A stretch of DNA of 63,899 bases, filler included, from Chiloscyllium plagiosum (GCF_004010195.1; 5 parts of one record of this genome joined end to end with filler, not necessarily neighbours in it); one strand, 5' to 3'; counted from the first letter of the whole stretch, positions 10,361-23,214 are shown. The notes: generated by a model not told the origin, from the letters alone. Made by a program: numbers and translations.

Positions 10361-13046
10361 TGTCTTGGAACAGCTTGGTTACGGACATGGAAAGTTCCAG
10401 ATACCATTGCTTCAAAGTAATGATAAATGGAAATTTCTGAGACTCCAGGTCCCTGTCTGAGAAACAGTGTGTCATATTGAGCATGTAGGTCATATCATTA
10501 CTATGGTATTCTTGTTTGCCCTTGTTAAAGAGCAGGTCCTTGCTTGCAGCATTTGAAGTGGTATATAGCTGAATTTAAATATGATGCCTGTGGCATAAGC
10601 ATTGAAAGGTTCCAAAAGTAATAAGCATTTCCACTTCTGCTACCGCATCGTTGACTGAGGAGGGCACCATGGAGTTTCAATCGAAAGTTGAGGTGTTAAG
10701 CAGAAGGATGCACAAGAGAAGTCACCATGGGGTATGTGGGAAACTTCCATAAAACCTCTCAAAAATAAGTAAAAAAAAAATGTGAAAACTAGGCCCCATA
10801 ATATCAAAGGTTGATATGCAGCATTCCCTGTACATATTCTTGGCTAAACTCAATTGACATGGATCACTAATGACCATTCAAATTGATGTAGAACAGAATT
10901 ACAGTGGTGCAGTCTGAATACTACTCCAGACCTTTGAGTTTTATTTTACCTCACCTCACTACCCAAAACATTTTCCAAACCAGCTTAAAAGAAATGTGTG
11001 TTTGCATTTTGCCAAGTATACTTTACGTGCACATTACTCAAACTGTTTTGCTATGTACTTTAGTATTACCGTCCCTAGCATTAGGAAATTTTATTTCAGA
11101 TATTGCAATATACTTAATTTTCCTCCTTCCTTCATCCAAACTAGCTCTGTTAAGGAACAGTGGGGAAACACATTCATGCCTCAACATGTAACCAAACACC
11201 AGGTTTCCCAAATCACAGCCACACCAGTTAAGAGATACTGATCAGAAACTAAGCGTCATCCTACAGTATTCAAAAGAGGAATCAAAGAGGAGCTTACTGC
11301 TCTTGCCAAGTTCCTAATATCAGGTTTCCAGGTGTCATGCCTCAGGAGGTAACTTCAAACTCTGGCCTGCTGAAGAGAAATAAGAAAAAGGAGCTACAGA
11401 AATGGGAAGGGTTGAAAATAATCTAAAAACAAAAGCCACAAACTAAGAAAGCACAGGAGTTGTCATTTCCATAATTTGTTTTACGCACGTGCAATTTTCA
11501 AACACATGCTGTCAGCAAATGCCCGCAGAGGGGAAAGTTTGTGAAGCAGTGTCTGCTGTACATCCAGATGTGTCGTTGAGCAGGAAATGACTATGGGGGT
11601 AAAACCAAATTTCAGCTGCATAATGCTGTAATCATTACTTTGCACTTAATTATCTAATAGTAGTTGACCTTTCTTATGACAGGCAGTGACAGACAAGGAT
11701 ACTTCATGAAAAATATAATAAATCACGATGGCAGTACCTGTTAAATTGAAAGGGGAAGCGAATGAGTGACAATGGATCTCACTGAGGATTTATCCATTTC
11801 AGTGTAAATTCTTAATTTATAAATAAAGTCCAGTGTTAAATAGTGTTCTGCCTATTTAACCTTGGAAACAGGGTCACAATATGGAGAAGTCTCATGTCAG
11901 CTGCAAAATATAAACCATATTGACTAGTTATTTAATAAAATTCTACTGGAGAAACTAATAAAAATTAAAGAAAAACTAAAGTAAAATCAAATGCTATAAA
12001 TGCTGGAAAGCAGAAATAAAAGTAGTGAACTCAGGAAACAATTTTATTTCCCTGTGCAAAGATGTCACTGAGAAATGTTGAGTCAAATACGACTGCTATT
12101 TAATAATACTTTTGTCAGTTTTGGAAAAATCACATTTGACTAAAAATGTTAACTGTTTCTCTCTTCACAGATGCTGCCAGACCCCTAAATAGTCCCAGCA
12201 CTTTGAAATGTTAACCCAGTTAGTTGTAAACCTAGCATTGTCCACCAACCTCTCCACCATACCACTTTTTTGAAACAATGTTAAGTTTGCTGCTGTTGCC
12301 ACACAATCGTTGCCTGCTGGTGAGGTGAGCTCAGACAGGCAAAAAAAAATAAACTCAAATAAGAGAAAGATTCATGTCAATAACTGCTATAAATTTTGTA
12401 CAATTAAGATTTTGTTTTGTGAAGGTAGAATGCTAGTGCTTCTTTGTATTCATAAAACATACATTCCAGTTGGAATAAGTTAGATTTCAGACTGTTTCAA
12501 TTGAAGCAACAACAGCTTGCAATCTGGTGTTTGCCAAAATGCATTGTGATGCCACATTGAAAAGATAGATAATGCAATCAGTGAACTTTAGGCATTGTGG
12601 CCAATAAATTATAAGTCTAGTACTGTGATGTAATTAGCACTGTGTCCTTTGTATAGAACAGTACATTATCGTGTCATTATCATGACAATGCAATTGGAAC
12701 GGATTTTGCCAATGTAGCAAATTAGTGCATTGTGAAGTTTATCTGGAGCTATTTTCTCAACTGCATTGTCTCACCAGCACATGATTATATCTCCTAATAA
12801 TGTACTGCCAGTACAACACTATACAATATATAATAAAGAACTACTCTTAAACCATTGATGTCAGCAACGTAATCAGCTGAAGAATGAGTGGGATGAATAC
12901 ATGAACTTTTAATAGAAACCAAACAAGAAGATTGGACGCAGAAATGCATCATCAGGGCAATTGGTTAATGTCTCAAGGTTATTTTTAAATGCCAGAAAAA
13001 TGCTATACGCTTAGTGACCATTTTGAAAATCAAGAGAGAAATAACA

Positions 13047-13597
13047 AGTCATAGAGTCATAGAGATGTACAGCATGGAAACAGACCCTTCGGTCCAACAT
13101 GTCCATACTGACTAGATATCCCAACCCAAACTTGTCCCACCTGCCAGCACCCGGCCCATATCCCTCCAAACCCTTCCTATTCATATACCCATCCAAATGC
13201 CTCTTAAATGTTGCAATTGTACCAGCCTCCACCACTACCTCTGGCAGCTCATTCCATTCATGTACCACCCTCTGCGGGAAAAAGTTGCCCCTTAGGTCTC
13301 TCTTATTTCTTTCCCCTCTCACCCTAAACCTATGCCCTCTAGTTCTAGACTCTCCGACCCCAGGGAAAAGACTTTGTCTATTTACACTATCCGTGCCCCT
13401 CATAATTTTGTAAACCTCTATAAGGTCACCCCTCAGCCTCCGATGCTCCAGGGAAAACAGCCCCAACCTATTCAGCCTCTCCCTGTAGCTCAGATCCTCC
13501 AACCCTGGCAACATCCTTGTAAATCTTTTCTGAACCCTTTCAAGTTTCACAACATCTTTCCGATAGGAAAGAGACCAGAATTGCACACAATATTCCA
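13047..13597 (-). mobile_element. HER1/CR1 LINE 3' fragment (young)
   Basis: Open RT C-terminus EYCVQFWS..YRKDVVKLERVQKRFTRMLPGLEDLSYRERL...WNELPEVVV, and a ctctatgactctatgac tail. Confidence 0.9.
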
Positions 13598-15279
13598 AAG
13601 TATTTGAATAAAAATAGCTTTATACTATTTTATTATTCCTTTATGATATTATAAAAGTGGATTAGGCTGATTAAAAACCCTACAAACTTAAGATTCCTAA
13701 AATTTGATAAAATCTCTCCTGCAAAAATGTATCATTTGCTATGCTAACTTGACAGAAGTTGTTAAGTCGACTAGAGATTATTGTCAATGGGAAGGGATAG
13801 CAATGACTCAAAGAGGAAAAAAAAAGTGTTCCTAATTAAATGTGCTCCTATTCGTTAGCTAATGCCTCTAATTATTAATGATGAGTATTTTTATTGGATT
13901 AAGCACTTATTGATAAAACAGACAAAAACGCTAGAAATACATATAGTTCTATCTTTACTAAAACAGGCATTGTCTGCAAAACAAAAAAGATATGAGAACA
14001 CAAAAGTGATAAATCTTTTGTATTTCATATATGCCTCAGTGGGAAGAGCCATTGCTTAATAATGGAATCGTTTAACTGAAAATATGAAACAAATAAATCA
14101 GCAAACCATCAATAATTAAATGTCTGTAATGTGCCAAATATGCTGTCTAAAATTTGTTTCTTCACACGTTTTGTTTTTACAGGGGTTTGTCCAGGCACTT
14201 TTAAACACTGGTTTAAGCTCACTGTGGAAAATTGCCCAGGTCCATCAAATGTAGGACAATCTAATCTGGCCAACTATTGCCTCAGCTGGATGGTACCACA
14301 GACATTCTACAAATGTTGAAAAGAATGAAGCAAAATGGAACATAATGCATTTTGTGACCAAAAGTACAACATAAGTATAATAAACTGATTATGATTCAAA
14401 CATACAATGATTAAAAAGAAAAGAATTCAAAGTTATATTGTTTTCATTTATACACTAGATATTTTCTTGGATTCACCATCACCCTCCTAACATGCCCTCT
14501 ATGTCCCATGGCCTGCACTATTTCTGTACATTCTGCTCATGAATAATGAGTCATAAAGAGATCTGGGGGAAAAAAAACTCAAGAACTGTACAAGTTGTGC
14601 TAAAGTTAGCTCAATCGTTTGTACATCAATCAGCTGATTTAAAAAAAAATAAGTTTAATGTGATTCTCAACTTATGACAAATTGTAGATTAAATCATTCA
14701 GCTTCAAGGCCAACAAGGTCACCCAGAATGTTAAAGACATAGAACGTCTTGCTTTCCCTGCTTTCCAGAAGATTTTATTAGAAATTAAAAGTCTCTGGCT
14801 CAGTCACCTTTTCACAACATTAGTGCTGCTCAGGTGCAACAGTGGTAAAAATGCATGTTAATTATCTTGACATCTTCCAAAAGAAAGACATCTCAAAAGA
14901 TGATGAAATGCTGAATAGGATGGAAAATAGAAAGAAATGGGAGATAACTGTACAATCAAAGAGAAGTTAAGGCAGATAGAAATAAATAAATAAATAATGT
15001 AAACAACAAGTTGCAAAGGATAGGAGTATACTAAACAGCTAAACAGTAGAGGGAGTGGGATTGGAGTGAACAAAGTGCAGTCCCACATTGGAGTTGATTG
15101 TGCACATGGGAACAAAAGGCAAAAAAAACATTAAGAGAAGAGTAGGCATGTCTAAGGAAATGATTGGAAAATGAGGATGGTACCTCAGATATCAAATAAG
15201 GCACACAGACCTTGGAGTGGAGGACATGCCCAGGCAGGGAATATGGATGCCGTAATTCAAATTGTCACAGTGATAAGTG

Positions 15280-16260
15280 AAAAGGCAGGCAGTGTTGTGG
15301 AAGCAGTATGGCTGCAGAAGGACCTGGACAAGCTCGGGAGTGGGCAAAGAAGTAGAAATGGAATACAGTGTCGGAAAGTGTGAGGTTATGCACTTTGGTA
15401 GTAAGAATAGAGGTGTACACTATTTTCTAAACAGGAAAAGGCTTCAGAAATCTGAAGCAACAAAGGGATTTGACAGTCCTAGTTCAGAATTCTCTTAAGG
15501 TTACCATGCTGATTCAGTTGGCAGTTAGGAAGGCAAATGCAATGTCAACATTCATTTCAAGAAGGCTAGAATACAAGATCAGTAAAGTACTGCCGAGGCT
15601 GTTTCAGGCTCTGGTCAGATCACAATTGAAATAGTATGAGCAGTTTTGGGTCTGGTATCTCAGGAAGGATGTGCTGGCATTAGAAGGGGTCCAGAGAAGG
15701 TTTAAAAGAACGATTCGGGGGTTGAAAGGCATGTCACATGAGCAGTAGTTCAGGGCTCCACATCTGAATTTGATGGAGTTTAGAAGAACATGGGGGTTGG
15801 GCAAGGGCAGAGGAATCTGATTGAAACCTACATAATATGGAGAGGCCTGGATAGAGTGGACATGGAGAAGTTTTTCCCTTCTGTAGAAAAGGGTAGGACT
15901 TGAGGCCTCAGAATGAAGGGATGACCCTTTAGAACTAAGAAGAGAATGAATTTCTTCAACCAGAGGGTGATGAATCTGTGGAACTCATTTCTGTAGAAAG
16001 CTGAGGAGGCCAAATCATTAACTGTATTTAAAGATAGATATAGATTCTTGATGGATCAAGGGTTATGGTGAGAAGAGAAGAGAATGGAGTTGAGAAACAC
16101 ATCAGTCATGATATTCAATGACATGGGACAAGTGCAGGAAATTGGGATTAGCCTTTAGCAGTAGTTATTGTCAGTGCAGACTCTCTGGACCAAAGGGCAT
16201 TTACTGCACTTTATGAATGAATGGCAGAGCAGACTCGATGGACAAAATGGCTTTGTGGTC
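15280..16260 (+). mobile_element. Older CR1 LINE 3' region
   Basis: LQKDLDKL and KCEVMHFGSKN remnants with frameshifts. Confidence 0.7.
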
Positions 16261-17100
16261 ATATAGTGTGCTGAAGCCGGTCTGAGCAAAATAAGATAGA
16301 TGCTAGAAATCCAAAACAAGAGTAAACTCAAATCCTACTAGCTTCAGAGGTATGTCATGACATCTAAAATATTTTTTTCTAATCCACATGTTTAAAAACA
16401 CTTTTGTTCATAATGTGCTTCTGGCAGCATCTGCAAAAAGAGAAATATATGTTTATGGTCAATAATCTTTCAGAGAAGTTGATCCTGGAGCTGATGAAAT
16501 CACAGATTTGGGCAGTGGTGACAGAAAGAGGCAGAGATAGGAAATGATATGGAACAAAGCAAATATGGAGAGAAAGCAAAGCTTGTAGTCAAGAAGTGTC
16601 AAAGTTCTACAACAGAGTCGCATTCAGCAGCTAACAATGTAAATAGAATTAAGGCTAGAATGTATGCTGGAAGGAGCCAAAGAGAATGGATTTGGCTTAC
16701 TGACAGGAAGTTAGAAGAAATTATAGTTCATCTCCATCTTAGTGTTGGCAGGCTGGATTGATTGAGGAGGTAAAGATGTTGGGTTGTATACTGCCAACAA
16801 GACGTAGGCTGATGCCATACTCCAGATGATAAATAGTTTATAAATATCAAAGAGGAGCAGATAATTCTCTGGATGCATCCTGAGAATATCCCAGGAGATC
16901 AGGAGCCAAATGGTCCAATTTGGCTTCTATTTTATTTGTTCACGTGACAGTGAATAACAGCAATACCATGGTGGACTTGAGAGAATAGATCAATCAATGG
17001 CATTAAAAGTAGAAAGGTGGTTAAGGAGTCTCTGAACAACGTGGACATCCAAAATCTCACAATTTGAGAGATAAATAAATAAAAGCACGAAATACATCAT

Positions 17101-18225
17101 AGTCGAAAAGCGTAGTGCTGCCGGTTAGGCAGCATCTGAGGAGCAGGAGAATCAACATTTCGAGCATGAGCACTTCATCAGGAACGAGGGGTGGCCCAAG
17201 GGGGCTGAGAGATATAGGGGAGATATGGAGGGGTGGGGGAAGAGGAGGAAGGAGAACTGGAAATGCGATACGTAGATGAAGGTGAAGGTGTGGGAAGTGG
17301 AGGAGATGTACTGGAGGGCATCGTCAAACATGTGGGAGGGGAAATTGCAGTCCTTGAAGGTGGCTATCTGGGATGTTCTGTGGTGCAATTGATCCTCCTG
17401 GGAGCAGATGCAGCAGAGGCAGAGGATTTGGGAGCAAGGGATAGCATTTCTTCAGGAGGCAGGGTGGGAGCTTGTGGGTTTGAAGTAGATGTCCATGTTG
17501 AGTCAGTCGCCAGAAATTGAGGTCCAGGAAGGGGAGGGAGGTGTCTGAGATGGTCCAAGTGAACTTGAGGTCAGGGTGGAAGGTAAAGGTGAAGTTGATG
17601 AACTGTTCAACCTCCTCGTGGGAGCACAATGTGGCGCCGATACAGTCAACAATGTAGCAGAGGAAATGGTGGAGAATGGTGCCGGTGTAGCTGCAGAAGA
17701 TGGACTGTTCCACGTACCCGAAGACACAGGCATAGCTGGGGCCCATGCAGGTGCCCTTGGCTACCACTTTGGTTTGGAAGATGTGGGACGATTCGAAGGA
17801 GAAGTTGTTGAGGGTGAGAACCAGTTCAGCTAATCTAATGACCGTGTCAGTGGAAGGGTACTGGTTAGGTCGGCGGGAGAGGAAGATACAGATGGCTTGG
17901 AGCCTTCGTCATGGCGGATGGATGTGTACAGGGACTGGATATCCATAGTGAAGACGAGGTATTGGAGGCTGGGAAGTGAAAGTCATGGAGGATGTGGGTG
18001 GGGAAGGGTACTGGTTAGGTCGGCGGGAGAGGAAGATACAGATGGCTTGAGGCCTTCGTCATGGCGGATGGATGTGTACAGGGACTGGATATCCATAGTG
18101 AAGACGAGTTATTGGAGGCTGGGAAGTGAAAGTCATGGAGGATGTGGGTGGTGTCCCGAAGGTAGGTGGGGAGATCCTGGACCAAGGGGGACAGGATAGT
18201 GACAAGGTATGCAGAGATAAGTTCA
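17101..18225 (-). mobile_element. Penelope-like element (family A), inverted copy: RT remnant plus terminal repeat
   Basis: KGTCMGPSYAC.FGYVEQ...FLCYIVDCIG (RT motifs B/C) and FHPDLKFTWTISDTSLPFLDL. The terminal repeat at 17101-17210 is the reverse complement of 19330-19445. Confidence 0.8.
17852..18150. repeat. Near-perfect 150-bp tandem duplication inside the PLE
   Basis: 17852-18000 is repeated at 18002-18150 with about three differing positions. Confidence 0.9.
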
Positions 18226-19466
18226 ACCAGCAACACTCCTCACTATTTCCTTCGCTACATTGACGACTGTATCAGCGTCACCTCATGCACCCACGAGGAG
18301 TTAATCATCTTCACTAACGCCTTCCACCCTGAACTCAAGATCACCTGCGCCCTCTCAGACACTTCCCTCCCCTTCCAAAACCTCTCCATCTCCAGTGACA
18401 TAGAACATCCCAGATGGCCTCCTTCTTCAAAGAATGCAATTTCTTCTCCCACGTGGTCGACGGTGTCCTCCAGCATGTCTCCTCCACTTCCCACACCTCT
18501 GCCTTTGAATCGTACCCCTCCAACTGCAACAAGGACAGAACCCATCAGTCCTCACTTTCCATCCCACCAAGCTCTGGATACAAGACATCATTCTCCGCCA
18601 TTTCCACCAGCTACAAACAGACCCCACCACCAGGGACATATTTCCTTCCCCATCCCGATCTGCGTTCCGCAGAGACCATTCCCTCCGTGACTCTCTTGTC
18701 AGGTCCACACCTCCCACCAAACCACCCTCCATTCCCGGCACCTTCCTCTGCCACTGCACGAAGTGCAAAGCTTGTGCCCACACCTCCCCCTTTCACCTCA
18801 GTCCAAAGCCCCAAAGGATCCTTCTACATCCAATAAAGACTTACCCGTACTTCTACACACGTCATTACTGTGTCCGTTTCTCCCGATGTGGCCTCCTCGA
18901 CATTGGGGAGACAGGACACCAACTTACAGAAAGTTTCATTGAACATCTCTGGGACACATGCACTAAACAACCCTACCACTTTAACTCCCCCTCCCCTCCA
19001 CTCTGTCAAGAATATGCAGGCCCAGGGCTTCCTCCACCGCCAAATTCTAGCTGCCCGACGCCTGGAGGAAGAACGCCTCATCTTCTGTCTTGGGACCCTC
19101 CAACCACACAGGATCAATGTCGATTTCACCAGTTTCGTCATTTCTCCTCCCTCACCCTATCCCAGAATCAACCTTCCAAATCGGCACCGTACTCTTCAAC
19201 TGTCCTATCTGTTCATCTTCCTTCCCACCTATCTGCTCCACCCTCCTCTCCGACCCATCACCATCACCCTCCACCTTCATCTAACTATCACATTCCCAGC
19301 TACCATCCCCCTCCCACCCCACCCCCAAGCCCCTTTGGGCCATCCCCTCATTCCTGATGAAGAGCTCACGTTCGAAACGTCCACTCTCCTGCTCCTCAGA
19401 TGCTGCCTGATCGGCTGTGCTTTTCCAGCACCACACTTTTCGACTCGGATCTGCAGTTCTCACTTT
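18226..19466 (+). mobile_element. Penelope-like element (family A): RT, GIY-YIG remnant and terminal repeat
   Basis: FLRYIDDCI catalytic motif and RRLEEERLIFCLGTLQPHRIN.DF (PLE endonuclease C-terminus). Hammerhead-like core at 19354-19381. Confidence 0.85.
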
Positions 19467-19792
19467 ATAGTTGAGATATCCAGCAGGTCAGGAGAAACTC
19501 ATGGAGGCAGACAAAGACCTTTTGGCAGTATTGGATAAAGTTAAAACCATAATAGGTCTTAACCAAGTAAAAGATAAATGAAGAGATGAAAAGGGGAGGT
19601 CAGCGCAAGTGAAAGGCAGGAGAAATCAAAGATTGAAAAGGATGATGGGGAGAGGCAAAAAGTGAGCAGTATTTGGATAGGGAAATCTGAATAGAACGTG
19701 AAGCTGCCATCAAAAAAAAACACAATTAAACAAAAGCAGAGGTCACAATCTGATATTTTAAAGCTGAATGTGGAGTCCACAAGGCTGCAAAT

Positions 19793-20132
19793 GTGTAATC
19801 TCTCCAGTGTGGAAGCCGGCCATTTGTCTCATTGAGTCTACAGTGACCCTCCAAAAGGTATCCCATCCAACAACCCCCACATTATTCTGTAACCCTGCAT
19901 TTCCCATGGCTAATCCACCCAGCCTGGACACTCTGGTCAATTTAACACGGCCAATCCACCCAACTTCTACATCTTTGGACTGTTGGAGGTAACCAGAGCA
20001 CCAGGAGGAGACACTCGCAGACAGGAGGAGAATGCACAGACTCCACACAGACAGTTGCTCGAGGGTGGAATCGAACCTGGGGCTCTGGTACTGTGAGGCA
20101 GCAATGCTAACCACTGAGCCAACATATCACCC
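19793..20132 (-). mobile_element. HE1-type V-SINE
   Basis: Reverse complement has box A/B (tggctcagtggttagc; ggttcgattcc), the V-core and a LINE tail. Confidence 0.85.
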
Positions 20133-20720
20133 TCCTAACGAACAGATAAAGGTGTTATTTACCTTGAGATTATTTTCAGTGTGATTAGCACAGCAAAGAC
20201 AGCCAAAGTCAGAGAGGAAATAGCTGCAACCTACTATTACGGCAACAAATCAGATCAGACGTTTTAACCTAGGAATGCTAGAATCCACCAACAATTCTTT
20301 GCACTAGATTGGAAAGGAAGGGAAGGTTGGAAAACATGCAGTACTTCAGGAGAGCAAAAAGACTCTTTGATTTCTGAAGAGATTTGATAATAGCAATTGT
20401 AATTGAAACAATTCAACTGAAAAGATAAAGAAAATTACTAAATTCAGAGAATATGATGATTATGCAATACACAGCATCTTCTCATTGTAATTTAAGCATT
20501 ATTTTCCTTAACTGTTTAAAATACAGTGTGAATGAGGCACATATGCATTTACATTATACTTTTCATATTTTGATTGCTCTGAAGTATTTTGCAACAAAGC
20601 AGTGATTGGTCCTTGGAGCAGCTTCTGCAGAGTTTTGCTGCCTGGGATTCCAGTGGCCTGGAGTGAACAGCTTGCTTCAGCAACAACTTCTGTCCTAGTG
20701 GACTTGTTGCTGAAATACTA

Positions 20721-20818
20721 TCACCTGATGAAGGAGCTAGTGTGCTTCCAATTAAACCTGGTGTTGTGTGATTTTTAAACTTTGTACACCCCAGTCCAAC
20801 ACCGGATCTCCAAATCAT
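20721..20818 (+). mobile_element. Short PLE-terminus element (family B), internally deleted
   Basis: tcacctgatgaaggagc...tagtgtgcttccaattaaacctggtgttgtgtgattttt...caccccagtccaacaccgg, the same family as 26982-27196. Confidence 0.75.
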
Positions 20819-21039
20819 AGCAACAAGTGTGATGGCCTCACAATGGTACCGTCTTTCCTGAACGCAGGAGCTAGGAATTCAACTAAGATGGACTTTGTCT
20901 TCAATTGTTTTCTTACCTACACCAGCTTTTATTATCATAGGCACCATGGTATGGTGACTTAAACACTTTTCACTTTTTTTGTGTTTAAAAATTACAAATG
21001 ACAATAAATGGCTATTCTATCCTAACTAGTTTTAAAGTA

Positions 21040-21197
21040 CAATCATACTCGTAATAAGAAACGTGACAGTGAATTTGTGCACAGCAATGAACTACAAACT
21101 GCACTAAATTTAATGACCAGATAATTTACTTTTAGTTGTTAACCAAGACACTGAGAGATTTCATTTTCTTTTCTTTTTGATATTGTCATGGGATCCT
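21040..21197 (-). mobile_element. DeuSINE-like (SacSINE1/AmnSINE-type) core relic
   Basis: Reverse complement resembles the Deu domain (ggatcccatg.ca...attatctggtcatt...tgctgtgcacaaatt). Heavily decayed. Confidence 0.45.
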
Positions 21198-21210
21198 TAA
21201 GGTTAAAGCT

Positions 21211-21770
21211 TAAAAAAGTGTTGCTAGAAAAGCGCAGCAGGTCAGGCAGCATCAAAGGAACAGGAGAATCGACGTTTCGGGATAAGCCCTTTCTTCAGGA
21301 ATGAGGAGGGTGTGCCAAGCAGGCTAAGGTAAAAGGTAGAGAGGAGGAACTTGGGGGAGGGGCGTTGGGAATANNNNNNNNNNNNNNNNNNNNNNNNNNN
21401 NNNNNNNNNNNNNNNNNTTAATTAATTAANNNNNNNNNNNNNNNNNNNNNNNNNNNNNNNNNNNNNNNNNNNNAGATGATGGTTTGGTGATGGGGGGTGG
21501 GGTCATGGTCGAGGGGGCAGTAGGAAGAGGTGTCCTCGAGTTGACGTTTGGCTTCAGCGGTGTAGCGGTCAGTGCGCCAGACTACCACTGCACCCCCTTT
21601 ATCCGCTGGCTTGATGGTGAGGTTGGGATTGGAGCAGAGGGATTGGAAGGCTGCGCGTTGTGAGGGTGAGAGGTTGGAGTGGGAGAGGGGGGATAGACAG
21701 GTTGAGACGGTTAATGTCCTGGCGGCAGTTGGAAATGAAGAGGTCGAGGGCAGGTAATAGGCCAGCGCAT
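21211..21770 (-). mobile_element. Penelope-like element spanning an assembly gap (terminal repeat plus RT N-terminus)
   Basis: 21474-21770 reads LTIKPADKGGAVVVWRTDRYTAEAKRQLEDTSSY (PLE hallmark). 21211-21373 is a family A terminal repeat with CTGAAGA..GGG..CCC GAAACGTC. Confidence 0.85.
21374..21473. other. Artificial assembly spacer (44 N + TTAATTAATTAA + 44 N)
   Basis: The identical 100-bp construct recurs four times. TTAATTAATTAA gives stop codons in all six frames. Confidence 0.95.
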
Positions 21771-22490
21771 TGTGAAAAGGAAGCTCGGAGGAAAAGGAAG
21801 AAGTGAAGAGGATTGTGAAAGTAAACTCGGAGTTAAATACTCATTGCCATTCGAGCTATGATTTGTGATCTACTATATTTAAACTTAAAAATTAGGATTG
21901 AATGTGTTTTTCAGTGCTTGGGAAATTGGTTGGATTGAGTTTGACAGCATTGAGAAGCTAAATTAATTTAGGATGATTAAGCAATCAATCAATCACTTCA
22001 ACAGGATCACCATTTTTTTCCATGTAGTATTTCACAAAAAAAGAACATTGTGAAGAAAAAGGATGCTGGATTATTCCTCGAGCATTTTGATTATTTATTA
22101 AAAAGTTTGAGAACAGGTGGAGCTGCAGTTTTTCCTAGCTCTGATATTTTTCTCCTTCATGCTGTGATTTTTACTGAGGTATGGTACCAGCAGCTCCAAC
22201 CTTACTGCTTATCATGTGCAAATGTCAAAGGTGAGCACCGTGAAACTACTCAAGCACTGACAATATCAAAGCCACTCATTATTGTGTTCGTAATTGACGA
22301 CCACTCAGTGGGATGGTACATCAGGAGCAAGAATGAAGCCAATTGTATCTTTCTTTCTCTAACACAAAGGCATGATGGCCTCCTGTAGCACATCTGCAGC
22401 TGCCTGTAGTGAGATTAATAAAGGAAACTTGGAGAGCTCCCTCTTGCTGGTCCATGCTGCCAGAAGTTAACAATTCATGTCTTAACTCAC

Positions 22491-22701
22491 CGTTATCCTG
22501 GCTGGGATTCTCCATTAAATCAGTGGGGTAAGATAGGCCTGCCTCTTGTTCTGTCTCTTGCCCTTGGGTCAAACCAGTAGACTTGTTCTTTAGCACTTCT
22601 TCCTTTTCCTCTTCCTCTTCCTCCTCCTCCTCTTCAACTACTTGGCTTTCCTTCATGTTAAAACAACTACTAGGTGGCTCAGGGCGTTTAGGTGGCAATC
22701 T
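22491..22701 (-). CDS. SLC4A1AP: Kanadaptin (SLC4A1AP) internal coding exon with poly-Glu tract, 211 nt, phase 0 to 1
   Basis: Acceptor ttccatacag, then RLPPKRPEPPSSCFNMKESQVVEEEEEEEEEEKEEVLK...PTDLMENPSQDN, donor G|gtgagt. Matches kanadaptin KLPPKRPELPP...EEEEEEE...PTDL and is in phase with the 40332 exon. The donor is less certain than the acceptor. Confidence 0.88.
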
Positions 22702-22879
22702 CTGTATGGAAATCAATGATATAAACAGTTTTTTTAAAAATGCCACCAAGGTTTGGAACGCTTTTCTTTCAAGAACAGAATAATTTGTCATTAAGCCCAA
22801 ACAATGCAACATTTTATACAGAATAATATTGTCAAATGCCTATTCAGCAGCTGCTTTATCTCATCAAAATTGCTCTTTT

Positions 22880-23214
22880 ATTTGTTCATAGGATGTGGAT
22901 GTCACGGGCAAGACCAGTTTATGTCGCCCAATCCCACTTCTCCAGAGAAGGTGGAGATGTGCCCTGATCCTGGACTGTTACAATCCTTCAGATGTAGAGG
23001 CTGCCACAGTGCTATTAGGGAGTTCCAGTATTTGGACTGAAATGATGAAGAAATAATAACATAGTTCCAATTCAGAATGATCTGTGGCTTGGGGGGTAAT
23101 TGAAAGTGCTGGTGCTCCCACACATCTCCTGCTCTGTGCTTCCAGGTGGTAGGGGAAATGGGTTTGGAATGTGCAGTCAGAGAAGTCAGGATGAGTTACT
23201 GCACTACATCTTAC
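22880..23214 (-). mobile_element. Second LINE family (CR1/L2 group) 3' end
   Basis: Similar to 56005-56350 and 62965-63395. Confidence 0.6.

Noticed and set aside
12725..12745. GTGCATTGT matching the 5' end of miR-33
   Set aside because: The match is only 9 nt and there is no convincing pre-miRNA hairpin.
21418..21429. TTAATTAATTAA recurring four times as a possible biological motif
   Set aside because: It is always centred in exactly 44+44 N, so it is an assembly spacer.
22702..22812. N-terminal part of the 163-aa ORF 22321-22812 (and its tail below 22491)
   Set aside because: These parts lie outside the splice sites. Only 22491-22701 resembles kanadaptin.
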